From a virus (lineage: Duplodnaviria > Caudoviricetes): a stretch of DNA of 56,214 nucleotides. The notes beneath the pieces are model-generated. The model had not been told where the DNA came from and did no database searches. It worked only from the letters and a program-made list of their open reading frames with translations. Each line of letters opens with the position of its first letter. The stretch's first letter is position 1. The translations under genes were made by a program, and so were the position numbers. The stretch covers positions 1 to 56,214 of the IMG/VR virus record IMGVR_UViG_3300048863_000005; one strand, given 5' to 3'. Below, piece by piece: positions 47,868 to 56,214 of the stretch.

Positions 47868-48155
47868 ATGAGCGATAACAACCCAACCCCATCTTCACGG
47901 TGGGCAGCAAATGGCGAAGCTGACCCGCACGGTGATCGATACAAGTGCGAGCGAGCTGAGTTAGCCATGGGCGACATGACTGACGATGAGTTAGCCAATG
48001 CTGTGTTCATGCATGGCGACACGATGCCCCGCATAGAAGACGTGATAGCTGGCAAGGCGCATATGCCTATCGCTTATCTGACAGCCGCCAAGGATCGAAT
48101 CCGCTGGCTGTCTCGCAAGCTTGAAGAAGCAACCAAGGCAAACAGCAACAAATAA
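47868..48155 (+). CDS. Hypothetical early protein
   Basis: GGAG RBS; ORF. Confidence 0.6.
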   Translation: MSDNNPTPSSRWAANGEADPHGDRYKCERAELAMGDMTDDELANAVFMHGDTMPRIEDVIAGKAHMPIAYLTAAKDRIRWLSRKLEEATKANSNK

Positions 48156-48220
48156 CCGCACCACCTGCCCCGCTTAAGCGGTAAGCAGTTCCCTGCCCCT
48201 CGCTAGAGGGGTATGGCTTC

Positions 48221-48316
48221 AGGTTGTAGTGGGAAGAGCTAGGTAGCAGAAACGGTTCATGCGCCTAAGGGAGATCTGAGTTCGAATCTCAGGCTAGCTC
48301 TTCACCAGTACAACCT
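48221..48316 (+). ncRNA. tRNA-like element without a full anticodon arm
   Basis: T arm CTGAG-TTCGAAT-CTCAG, D-like arm, GAAGAGCTAG/CTAGCTCTTC stem + ACCA, outer AGGTTGTA/TACAACCT stem. Confidence 0.6.
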
Positions 48317-48331
48317 TCTCCGAGATACCCC

Positions 48332-48490
48332 ATGACAAACCAACAAGTTTTGGCCGAAGCCCAGCGCTATCGGCAGCAGGCGGCTGCGCAGGATTCCTTT
48401 GTAGCAGAGATGTTGATAGAGCGTGCAGAGCGGCTGGAGCAGCGTATCCAGCAAGGATTGAGGAATGGACCTTTACGAACGACTCACTAG
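48332..48490 (+). CDS. Small hypothetical protein
   Basis: MTNQQVLAEAQRYRQQ... 52 aa. Confidence 0.4.
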   Translation: MTNQQVLAEAQRYRQQAAAQDSFVAEMLIERAERLEQRIQQGLRNGPLRTTH

Positions 48491-48803
48491 AGCTGACGAG
48501 CTTCGCAAGGAAGCTAAGCGGCTCAGCACAGCCTTCTATATGAGTGAGCGTCGAGACTTCAACTCAGCCGAATGGAAGCGCATCTGTGAGCTGGGCAGTG
48601 AAGCTGATGAGTTAGACGGCACCGCTTACCGCAAGCAGAAGGAAGAGGAAGCCCGCAAGGCTGCTCATGAAGAGCGCATGGCCCAGTTCCATCAATACCC
48701 GCCTGAAGTCAGGGCCAAGCAGAAGCAGGCCCGTATCACCCAAACACTAGATCGCATGGCCGCACTGATAGGCCAGCCAGACATCATGCCAAGGAGAGCG
48801 TAA
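48465..48803 (+). CDS. Hypothetical protein
   Basis: ORF with GAGG RBS. Confidence 0.6.
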   Translation: MDLYERLTRADELRKEAKRLSTAFYMSERRDFNSAEWKRICELGSEADELDGTAYRKQKEEEARKAAHEERMAQFHQYPPEVRAKQKQARITQTLDRMAALIGQPDIMPRRA

Positions 48804-49018
48804 TGGACAGAGCAAGAGCTGAGCGAATCATAGAAGACCAGATTATGAGCCTGATATGTTCGGCTCACCTCACCGCTGACTACTGGGCTGCATGGGGCTT
48901 CATTGAGGCCTATCACGCGGCTGACTTCATCAGTCAGGACATGCGAAACCACTATGTACGCAGGCTAGACAAGTTGGCTGGTGAGCGTCGTCAGGTAATG
49001 GGAGCGTTAGCAGCATGA
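48803..49018 (+). CDS. Hypothetical protein
   Basis: TAATG-coupled ORF. Confidence 0.6.
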   Translation: MDRARAERIIEDQIMSLICSAHLTADYWAAWGFIEAYHAADFISQDMRNHYVRRLDKLAGERRQVMGALAA

Positions 49019-49166
49019 GCATTCAAGAAGTCGTAGGCCGCACTGAAGCTGACTGCTTCCGTATCGCTGTAGCCAAGGGCATCAGTAAGTATCCGCGTCA
49101 AGTGCGCAGGCAGAAGACAGATGCAGGCTGGATCTGGGTTCATCGCTATATGTTGGAGATGCGGGC

Positions 49167-49919
49167 ATGAGCGAATCTGGTCGAACTCAAATATGGAGCA
49201 GCGGCGGCGGAACCCAATCCACTGCAATTGCCGCTCTTATATGCCAGGGTGAGCTGTCCCCTGACCTTTCCATAATCGTTGATACAGAGCGTGAGCTGAG
49301 CACGACGTGGGATTACCTAGATAAGTGGGTTATGCCAGCACTCAAGGCAGCTGGTGTGATTCTTCATGTGATCCCAAAGAGCGATTACGCAACTGTTGAC
49401 CTCATGCGTAACGATGATGTCTTGATTCCCGCCTTCACAACTGAAAGCGGTTCCATCGGAAAGCTTCCAACCTACTGCAGCAACGAATGGAAGCAGCGCG
49501 TTATGCGACGCTGGGCTGTTGAGCAAGGCGTCAAACAAGCTGATGTATGGATCGGCTTCACTATCGACGAGATGAAGCGAGTCACCCAGCCGGTTGGAAA
49601 GTGGCAGAACAAGTACCCACTCATTGAGCGGCGTATGACAAGAGGTGACTGCATCGCCCTGGTCAAGCGTATGGGCTGGCCTGATCCGCCTCGGTCTTCG
49701 TGCTGGATGTGCCCAAATAAGCCCCATCATGAGTGGGAATGGCAGCGAATCAACGCTCCGGCCGACTTCGCAAAAGCTGTCGAGTTTGAAAAGCATATAC
49801 AGACCAAAGATGAAGACCTTTGGCTGACAGATACCGGAAGACCTCTCTCTGAAGCTGACTTTTCCAAGCCTGACGACCTGTTCACTGGTCGCTGCACTTC
49901 AGGCATGTGCTTCGTTTAA
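49167..49919 (+). CDS. PAPS-reductase/PP-loop family protein 1
   Basis: SSGGGTQS, VDTERE, YCSNEWK, IGFTIDE, YPL, SSCWMCP, terminal CTSGMC. Confidence 0.75.
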   Translation: MSESGRTQIWSSGGGTQSTAIAALICQGELSPDLSIIVDTERELSTTWDYLDKWVMPALKAAGVILHVIPKSDYATVDLMRNDDVLIPAFTTESGSIGKLPTYCSNEWKQRVMRRWAVEQGVKQADVWIGFTIDEMKRVTQPVGKWQNKYPLIERRMTRGDCIALVKRMGWPDPPRSSCWMCPNKPHHEWEWQRINAPADFAKAVEFEKHIQTKDEDLWLTDTGRPLSEADFSKPDDLFTGRCTSGMCFV

Positions 49920-49958
49920 TACCTACCTCAGCATTCTGCTGGAGACACAATCTTGAAA

Positions 49959-50546
49959 ATGTCCGAAACCATTGCCGACCTGGCAAAGGCGCTTGCTGCT
50001 GCTCAGGCGGAAATCGAGAACGCAGCGAAAGGCAGCATCAACCCTCATTTTCGCAACAAATATGCGGATTTAGCCGAGATCCTGAATACCTCTCGCCCAG
50101 TGCTAAGCAAGCACGGCCTGTCCATCGTACAGATGCCAGGGTTTGAAGACGGCAAGGTAAGCGTTGAGACGGTCCTGATGCACGAGTCGGGACAGTGGAT
50201 AGCCAACACCCTCCTAGGCCCATGCTCGAAGCTAGACCCACAAGGCGTAGGCAGTGCAATCACGTATTACAGGCGCTATAGCTTGGCAGCCTTCGCCGGA
50301 ATCGCCCAGGAAGATGATGACGGCAGTGCGGCTAGTGGAAAGGCTCAACCTGCTCCGCAGTGCATCAGCAAGCAGCAGCTCAATCGTTTGGAAGCAGCTC
50401 TGAACGGGTGCAGCCCTGTCGTCCAAAGCAAGTTCGAAGCTGACTACCCAGACGCAACCAAGATGACCACAGACGTTTACGACAATGTAGTGGCCAGCCT
50501 GGAATCGGCTGCCAAGAAGTATCAGGAACGCCAAAACGCAGCCTGA
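49959..50546 (+). CDS. erf: ERF-family ssDNA annealing protein
   Basis: NPHFRNKYADL, LMHESGQW, PQGVGSAITYYRRYSL, EDDDG. Confidence 0.92.
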   Translation: MSETIADLAKALAAAQAEIENAAKGSINPHFRNKYADLAEILNTSRPVLSKHGLSIVQMPGFEDGKVSVETVLMHESGQWIANTLLGPCSKLDPQGVGSAITYYRRYSLAAFAGIAQEDDDGSAASGKAQPAPQCISKQQLNRLEAALNGCSPVVQSKFEADYPDATKMTTDVYDNVVASLESAAKKYQERQNAA

Positions 50547-50561
50547 TGATGAGTATGAGTT

Positions 50562-51062
50562 ATGACGACAGATAACGAAGTCTTAGTCGCTGATTATGTG
50601 GCTGGCGACAGCATACCGGTTATTGCCGAAAGGTATGAAGTGTCTAGGAGCAGAGTTAGAAAAGCTGCTCTACAGGCTGGAGTTCTTCGCACAAGGGCAG
50701 AAGGAGTAAGGAAAGCAGCATCTGAAGGGCGGCTTGGGAGCGGCTTGCGAGGAAAAAACAGAGTATTCACCGAATCGCATAAGCGCTCTATCAGCGAGTC
50801 TGCCTCTCGCAGAGGCGAAGCGAATGCTAAGGGCTGGAGCCTTAAATCAAATGGCTACATTTCGATCACCCGCGGTAAAGATAAAGGCCGATCCCAACAT
50901 CAAGTAGTAGCTGAAATGATTCTTGGGCGGCCATTACGTCCTGATGAAGTAGTTCACCATATAGATCACAACCGAGCGAACAACGATCCAGCCAACCTTG
51001 AGGTCATGACTCGTTCGGAACATACCAGGCTACACGCTAAGGAAAGAATAAATGGCAAGTAG
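50562..51062 (+). CDS. HNH homing-endonuclease-like protein
   Basis: [13 protein letters not shown]...[29 protein letters not shown]. Confidence 0.85.
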   Translation: MTTDNEVLVADYVAGDSIPVIAERYEVSRSRVRKAALQAGVLRTRAEGVRKAASEGRLGSGLRGKNRVFTESHKRSISESASRRGEANAKGWSLKSNGYISITRGKDKGRSQHQVVAEMILGRPLRPDEVVHHIDHNRANNDPANLEVMTRSEHTRLHAKERINGK

Positions 51063-51507
51063 AGGCGTAAATCGCGTAATTCTTATTGGTAACTGTGGTG
51101 GTGATCCTGAGGTTCGCTACGCACCTAGCGGTAGCGCCTTTGCCAACGTAACGCTAGCCACCAGTGAGAGCTGGAAGGACAAGCAGACAGGTCAGCTTCA
51201 GGAAAGGACTGAGTGGCACCGCGTAGTTTTTAGCGGAAAGCTGGCTGAGATCGTCGGCGAATACGTGCGCAAAGGGTCGCAGATATACGTTGAGGGCCAG
51301 CTACGAACGCGCAAATGGCAGAACCAGCAAGGTCAGGACCAGTACACGACTGAGGTGCTGGTAGGCATGAGCGGGACGATGCAGCTTCTTGGTGGCAAGC
51401 CAGACGGTGACAGTCAGCCACGTCAGCAAAGACCACAGACACAGCCGCGGCCACAAGCTCAGCCTGCCCCTGACTACAGCGACTTCGATGACGATATTCC
51501 CTTCTGA
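51052..51507 (+). CDS. ssb: Single-stranded DNA-binding protein
   Basis: [10 protein letters not shown]...TEWHRVV...DFDDDIPF. Confidence 0.97.
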   Translation: MASRGVNRVILIGNCGGDPEVRYAPSGSAFANVTLATSESWKDKQTGQLQERTEWHRVVFSGKLAEIVGEYVRKGSQIYVEGQLRTRKWQNQQGQDQYTTEVLVGMSGTMQLLGGKPDGDSQPRQQRPQTQPRPQAQPAPDYSDFDDDIPF

Positions 51508-51557
51508 TCAATCACTGTTTAAAGGGCGCTTCGGCGTCCTTTTTGTTGGTGCTCATC

Positions 51558-51746
51558 ATGCTTGTAGACACCCGCGCAATCACGCAACGGCAATCCACTC
51601 GTGACCAGCTAGCTAGTGCCCTTGAGGCGTATCTAGCCAGCGGTAAGCAGGTAACGGAGTTGGGGTACTGCATCCCCTCTCCCCGCCCTTACAACATCCG
51701 AACAGATTTTCGCCTGCCAGGAACACCCGAATTCAGTGCCCAGTAG
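51558..51746 (+). CDS. Hypothetical protein
   Basis: LEAYLASGKQVTEL motif common in phage early genes. Confidence 0.55.
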   Translation: MLVDTRAITQRQSTRDQLASALEAYLASGKQVTELGYCIPSPRPYNIRTDFRLPGTPEFSAQ

Positions 51747-51758
51747 TAGGAGGCGAAC

Positions 51759-51962
51759 ATGACACTCGCAATGAAACACCGATCCCCTGAAGCCATTAGC
51801 GCAGCGGTACACCGGCAGTTGCTCCTGTCCAGCGATATGGATGATGAGTACTTCGAAGGAAAGGCGGCGCGTGATTGCTCGCTTCCTGAGAAATCCTGCC
51901 CCTATGGCCGCACACAGATACGCAAGCGCTGCGCATGGCTTGCTGGCTATTACGACGCCTAG
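51759..51962 (+). CDS. Ribosome-modulation-factor-like protein
   Basis: YFEGKAA...SCPY...RCAWLAGY resembles Rmf G..A...CPY...W..G. Confidence 0.6.
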   Translation: MTLAMKHRSPEAISAAVHRQLLLSSDMDDEYFEGKAARDCSLPEKSCPYGRTQIRKRCAWLAGYYDA

Positions 51963-51971
51963 GACACCACC

Positions 51972-52778
51972 ATGACCACAAATGAAGCAGCGCAGCCGCT
52001 ACGGCCTGCGTACGTAATCTTCTGCTCGTATGGAAATGACTCTATAGCCCTAATCCGCTGGGCATATGAGAACAAGCTAAAGAATGTCGTCTGCCTTTAT
52101 TCAGACACTGGCTGGGCTGCTGACTGGTGGCATGAACGTGTTGAGCAAGGCGAAGCGCTGGCACGCTCTTATGGCTTTACGCCTGTCAGGACCGTCTCAG
52201 AGGGGATGGTATCTCTGGTTAAGCGAAAGAAAGGCTGGCCTATGGGTGGCGGCTCCGCCTCCTTCTGCACTTCAGAACTAAAGGTACTTCCCGCCCTTGA
52301 GTGGCTAGACGCTAATGATCCAGATAAAGACGCGATATGCCTAACAGGTGTACGTCGTAGCGAAAGTAATCACCGATCAACTGCCGAAGAATATATAGAA
52401 GAGTCGCCCAGGCACGGCGGCAGATCGCTCTGGCAGCCACTCGTCCGGCATTCGGATGCGGACAGAAATGAGCTTTTACTTCGCGCAGGAATAGAGATTC
52501 TTCCGCATCGCTCGATGGAGTGCTTCCCGTGTGTCAACGCGAACATTGATGACCTACGGGCATTGACTGAGGACCGCATAGCACTGATCGACATCACTGA
52601 GAAAGAGATGGGATGCACAAGCAAGGGAAAGCCCAGGGTTATGTTTCGCCCAGCTAAGAAAAAGAATGCCACAGGCATTAGGGACGTTATTAAGTGGGCA
52701 TCCGCTCTACGTAGCCGCGACCAGATGGATATGTTCGGCCCTGGCTCTGGCTGTGATTCAGGCTTCTGCGGAGGCTGA
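51972..52778 (+). CDS. PAPS-reductase/PP-loop family protein 2
   Basis: SYGNDS, YSDTGW, FCTSELK, GVRRSES..R, ECFPC, terminal CDSGFC. Confidence 0.8.
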   Translation: MTTNEAAQPLRPAYVIFCSYGNDSIALIRWAYENKLKNVVCLYSDTGWAADWWHERVEQGEALARSYGFTPVRTVSEGMVSLVKRKKGWPMGGGSASFCTSELKVLPALEWLDANDPDKDAICLTGVRRSESNHRSTAEEYIEESPRHGGRSLWQPLVRHSDADRNELLLRAGIEILPHRSMECFPCVNANIDDLRALTEDRIALIDITEKEMGCTSKGKPRVMFRPAKKKNATGIRDVIKWASALRSRDQMDMFGPGSGCDSGFCGG

Positions 52779-52779
52779 T

Positions 52780-52968
52780 ATGACCACCTTACGAGAATCA
52801 ACGGCCGTTGAGGCTTCCGTGTGGCTGCACGTACCGACAGGTGTCCGGTATCGGGTCTTGCTCACCCTGACGGATGGCGTGGAGCTGGAGAACATCGCTG
52901 CGTTCAAGTGCATACAAGTGCGTTGGGAACACTTCCGCAACGCCAATGTATGGCAGAGGCAGCGATGA
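52780..52968 (+). CDS. Hypothetical protein
   Basis: GGAGG RBS; VWLHVPTGVRYRV. Confidence 0.5.
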   Translation: MTTLRESTAVEASVWLHVPTGVRYRVLLTLTDGVELENIAAFKCIQVRWEHFRNANVWQRQR

Positions 52969-53059
52969 AGAAGAATCTGTATTGGATTGCATGGCTAATC
53001 GTAGCGGCAGTGTTCATCTATCTGCACTACAGCGTTTATCGACAAGAAGGAGTTTTGTG

Positions 53060-53245
53060 ATGGATACGTTTGATGATCTGCATGAAGAGATAGCCACACG
53101 TGAAGCTGAGCGGGATGCGGCGAAGGATGAAATTAAAAGCCTGAGATCTGCCATTCAGGATGCGCTCAATGCCTTGGAGCATGGCGAAAACAAGGTTGCC
53201 ATAGACACGCTCGAAGAAGCACTTAGCCCGGGAGATGAGGAATGA
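53060..53245 (+). CDS. Small coiled-coil hypothetical
   Basis: AGGAG RBS; MDTFDDLHEE... Confidence 0.55.
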   Translation: MDTFDDLHEEIATREAERDAAKDEIKSLRSAIQDALNALEHGENKVAIDTLEEALSPGDEE

Positions 53246-53892
53246 GCGAGCCAGTAGCGTATGTCCTGATGCGAGACGGTGAAGTTGATTACGACTCTGA
53301 TTCAGGCTGCATAAGCAACACCCAAGGCGACACACTAGACGATGGCTATGAGTGGGTTCCGGTCTATGCCGCACCCCAGCCGGTGGATGAGAAAGCAGAG
53401 GATCGATTGAATCGCAGCTTCAATAATCCTGACGTTGACGAGCGTTTAGAGGCGCTGGCGTTCTGGCTAGATCAGCAACATTACCGCCCATGCATTCTGT
53501 CTATAGCCGCTGCTGACCTGCGCAGCCTGTATAGACGCTTAAAAGTGGAATGCGAGCTGACCGACGCGCTACAGCAGGACTACATAGACCTGCACAACAA
53601 GCATGAAGCGCTGAAAGCTCAGAATGATCAATTGACGAAAGCCAATGAGGAAAAATGGGCTGCGTTCTGCTCCCTAGATGCAAAGTACGGAGCGACATGC
53701 GCAGAGGTAGAGCGGCTGAAGGACGATGCTGATCGGTATCGCTGGCTGCGTAATCAGGTATTAGGCTCGGAGACAGAAGAGGGTTTTAAGTTGGTGTTCA
53801 AGCCGCTTCCTTGGCCTAATGTCTGTCTTCCTGATACATCCGATTATCTTGATGCCTCTGTAGATGCAGCCATGCAGGAGCAGCATCCATGA
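53242..53892 (+). CDS. Hypothetical early protein
   Basis: EPVAY, PVYAAPQP, DADRYRWLR, LDASVDAAM motifs of phage accessory proteins. Confidence 0.7.
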   Translation: MSEPVAYVLMRDGEVDYDSDSGCISNTQGDTLDDGYEWVPVYAAPQPVDEKAEDRLNRSFNNPDVDERLEALAFWLDQQHYRPCILSIAAADLRSLYRRLKVECELTDALQQDYIDLHNKHEALKAQNDQLTKANEEKWAAFCSLDAKYGATCAEVERLKDDADRYRWLRNQVLGSETEEGFKLVFKPLPWPNVCLPDTSDYLDASVDAAMQEQHP

Positions 53893-54097
53893 TTGTTGTC
53901 ATCGCCGCACTGACCGCATCGGTTGCCTACCTTGCGCTCTACCAGTCGCCCATGTGGGCATTCCTTCTGCCGTTTGTGATGTTTACCTGGGAGACCAGTT
54001 ATGACAGCGACTGACTATGCAGCATGGATCTTTCTCTTTTGCTTTATCTGGGTCGTTGCAATCTGCTTCGACCCGGGAGCAGGAGTGCAGTGGTAAT

Positions 54098-54673
54098 TTA
54101 AACATACCCCCCAAGCCTTACCGGCCTTCCTAAAGTTACGCCATCAAATATTGGATCATCCAAATCTAATCCATGCACCGGAAGGTTGGTAATATTATGA
54201 GACATCTGATATCGATTGCCGTCGGCCGATATTATCTCGACGGAGATTATCTCAAACTCGTCATTTAATGAGTCGGTTTGGCTTCGTTTTTTACTGAGAT
54301 GCTCGCTAGATATAGTAAAAGGGAATACTTCGCCAGGCGCCAATACGAAGGACTCTACCCTTGATGATTCCAACACCATGAAAGAGCCTGGAAACCTCAA
54401 ATGCCCCAATGGAGACGGACCTTTTAGAAGCTCGATTTCTTTGATGTAAAGGGACTGCTTACCCGTATTACTAAGGGTGTAATAGAGAAATCTTTTACCC
54501 TTTTCTACTACTTTTCCATCTTTTAACCGATCGCCTGAGTAATCTCTACTAAGAAAGGCTAGTAACGCTGAAGACGGCTTATGCAAATGAGAAAAGTAGA
54601 AGGTTATCAGAGAAACTATCAGGGCCAATCCTGAAACAACCAGTGTTAATGCATCTTTAGGTTCTAACGCCAT
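54098..54673 (-). CDS. Moron: single-TM membrane protein
   Basis: N-terminal TM, LSNTGKQSLYI; AT-rich; reversed orientation. Confidence 0.65.
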   Translation of the reverse strand: MALEPKDALTLVVSGLALIVSLITFYFSHLHKPSSALLAFLSRDYSGDRLKDGKVVEKGKRFLYYTLSNTGKQSLYIKEIELLKGPSPLGHLRFPGSFMVLESSRVESFVLAPGEVFPFTISSEHLSKKRSQTDSLNDEFEIISVEIISADGNRYQMSHNITNLPVHGLDLDDPIFDGVTLGRPVRLGGYV

Positions 54674-54787
54674 CTTGCTCACATTTAATCCGACTTGATT
54701 AGCCGTGGGTAATACCTTAGCAGCCAAGATTTAAGCAACCCCCAACCCCCTTCCTTTATATACACCTGCCCTGCAGGAGGCATTGCT

Positions 54788-55174
54788 ATGGGCCAACCAG
54801 CCTATCCCCCGCGATTTATCCGAGCCGGTGACGCGCCGGGCTACCTCGGCATGTGCCGGGATGAGTTCAATAAGACTGTTAGGCCCCATGTCCGGGAATT
54901 CCCCATAGGAATGCGGGGCGTCGGCTTCGACCGAGAAGAGTTGGATGCCTGGGCAGATGCATACGTTGAGCAGGCAGCGATTGAAAAGAAAGGCGTTACG
55001 GGGCAACAATCCGCCCGCAGCGAGCGCCGTACAGGAGTTAAGCCATGGCGCGAAAAACGATCACAGGTCTCTCGCAAAGAAACGGGATCTGGCACATCGA
55101 TAAAAAGATCGACGGAGTACGACTTTATGAAAGCACTGGAGTCAGTGACCGGCAAGAAGCCGAGCGTTATCTGA
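54788..55174 (+). CDS. Excisionase-like DNA-binding protein
   Basis: PRFIRAGDAPGYLGMCRDEF...FDREELDAWAD; overlaps int. Confidence 0.7.
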   Translation: MGQPAYPPRFIRAGDAPGYLGMCRDEFNKTVRPHVREFPIGMRGVGFDREELDAWADAYVEQAAIEKKGVTGQQSARSERRTGVKPWREKRSQVSRKETGSGTSIKRSTEYDFMKALESVTGKKPSVI

Positions 55175-56214
55175 TCCACCGCCTGGAGCAGTTGAGACAG
55201 CAAAAGGTATATGGGATCAAGCAAGTAAGGCTGTGGGAGGAAGCTGCAGCGAGGTTTATCAAGGAATTCAAGGATCAGCCGTCTATTCAGCTGACTGTGC
55301 AATACCTGAAGCAGTTACATCCTTTCATTGGATCGATACCCCTCACCCACATAGATGACGAAGCACTTGAGCCTTTTGTCAGGCATAAGCTCGAAGTGGA
55401 CGGGGTTTCAGCCAGGACGGTGAACATTGCGCTGGAACGGGTAATTAGGATCTTGAACCTGTGCGCACGGAAGTGGCGGGATGAAGAGAAGCGGCCATGG
55501 CTGGATGCCGTGCCCATGATCAAAAAGCTCGACGAGGCGAAGGCAGCACGTAAGCCCTACCCGCTTTCATGGGAAGAACAGTCGATTCTCTTTGCTGAAT
55601 TGCCTGATCATCTACGGCGCATGGCCTTGTACAAGGTCAACACTGGATGCCGGGAACAGGAAGTGTGCAAGCTGAGGTGGGAATGGGAAATCAAGGTACC
55701 GGAGATTGGAACCAGCGTATTTCTGATTCCAGCAGGCTTTGGCGGGCGACATGATAAGTCGGGCGTTAAGAATGGAGACGAACGCTTGGTTGTCCTGAAT
55801 ACCGTAGCGATGTCGGTTATCGATGGGCAGCGTGGTTTGCATCCCATATGGGTATTCCCTTACGGGGTATCAGATGACAAGGGTCCAACAGCAGTACACA
55901 GGATGAATGACAGCGCATGGAAGAAGGCCAGGGTCAGAGCAGCTGACAAGTGGGAGCAAATACACAAGACCAGTGCTCACCCTGGGTTTCGGTCTATCCG
56001 CGTGCATGATCTTAAGCATTCGTTTGGCAGACGGCTTAGGGCAGCAGGCGTAACCGAAGAAGATCGCAAGGCACTATTGGGCCACAAGAACGGCAGCATC
56101 ACCAGTCACTATTCCGGCGCGGAGTTAGGACAACTGATTGACGCAGCCAACAAAGTATCGGCAACCGACTCACGCGGACCAGTACTTACGATTTTGAAAA
56201 GGAAACAGGCATGA
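55045..56214 (+). CDS. int: Tyrosine integrase
   Basis: NTGCREQE, VKN, HDLKHSFG.R, LLGH, ITSHY. Confidence 0.95.
   Translation: MARKTITGLSQRNGIWHIDKKIDGVRLYESTGVSDRQEAERYLIHRLEQLRQQKVYGIKQVRLWEEAAARFIKEFKDQPSIQLTVQYLKQLHPFIGSIPLTHIDDEALEPFVRHKLEVDGVSARTVNIALERVIRILNLCARKWRDEEKRPWLDAVPMIKKLDEAKAARKPYPLSWEEQSILFAELPDHLRRMALYKVNTGCREQEVCKLRWEWEIKVPEIGTSVFLIPAGFGGRHDKSGVKNGDERLVVLNTVAMSVIDGQRGLHPIWVFPYGVSDDKGPTAVHRMNDSAWKKARVRAADKWEQIHKTSAHPGFRSIRVHDLKHSFGRRLRAAGVTEEDRKALLGHKNGSITSHYSGAELGQLIDAANKVSATDSRGPVLTILKRKQA

Overview
Two tandem prophages at the same tRNA-Pro(GGG) site of a Pseudomonas-like host (host inferred from protein similarity). 1-~6700 is a decayed remnant: broken holin, endolysin, Q-like, primase-helicase and integrase genes, plus an intact sigma28-driven chemoreceptor. 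6730-56214 is an apparently complete HK97/lambda-like siphovirus prophage: att core, morons, tail, head, packaging, lysis, replication, cI/cro, early genes, xis/int. The other att site lies beyond the window. Main discovery: a P22 immI-like arc/mnt/ant operon ends in a stand-alone RAMP/Cas7-like gene (20955-21530), a winged-helix-like partner gene and two non-coding units built from 5-nt (GGY-like triplet + variable NN) repeats with 3' hairpins (20283-20503). The NN dinucleotides of unit A, read with 1-nt gaps, match the phage's own tape-measure gene at 19/22 positions (16399-16430). The gaps fall on codon wobble positions and the mismatches are conservative substitutions. This suggests an RNA-guided, gapped-code system aimed at related competitor phages; it resembles VIPR systems as I recall them, not verified here. 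Other notable items: paired sigma28-promoted sRNAs with anti-Shine-Dalgarno loops, a structured RNA leading a DUF3800 gene next to cI, a tRNA mimic without a proper anticodon arm, a GH5 glycosidase in the lysis cassette, two PAPS-reductase-like genes and two TA modules. All family calls are motif recognition by eye; no searches were run.
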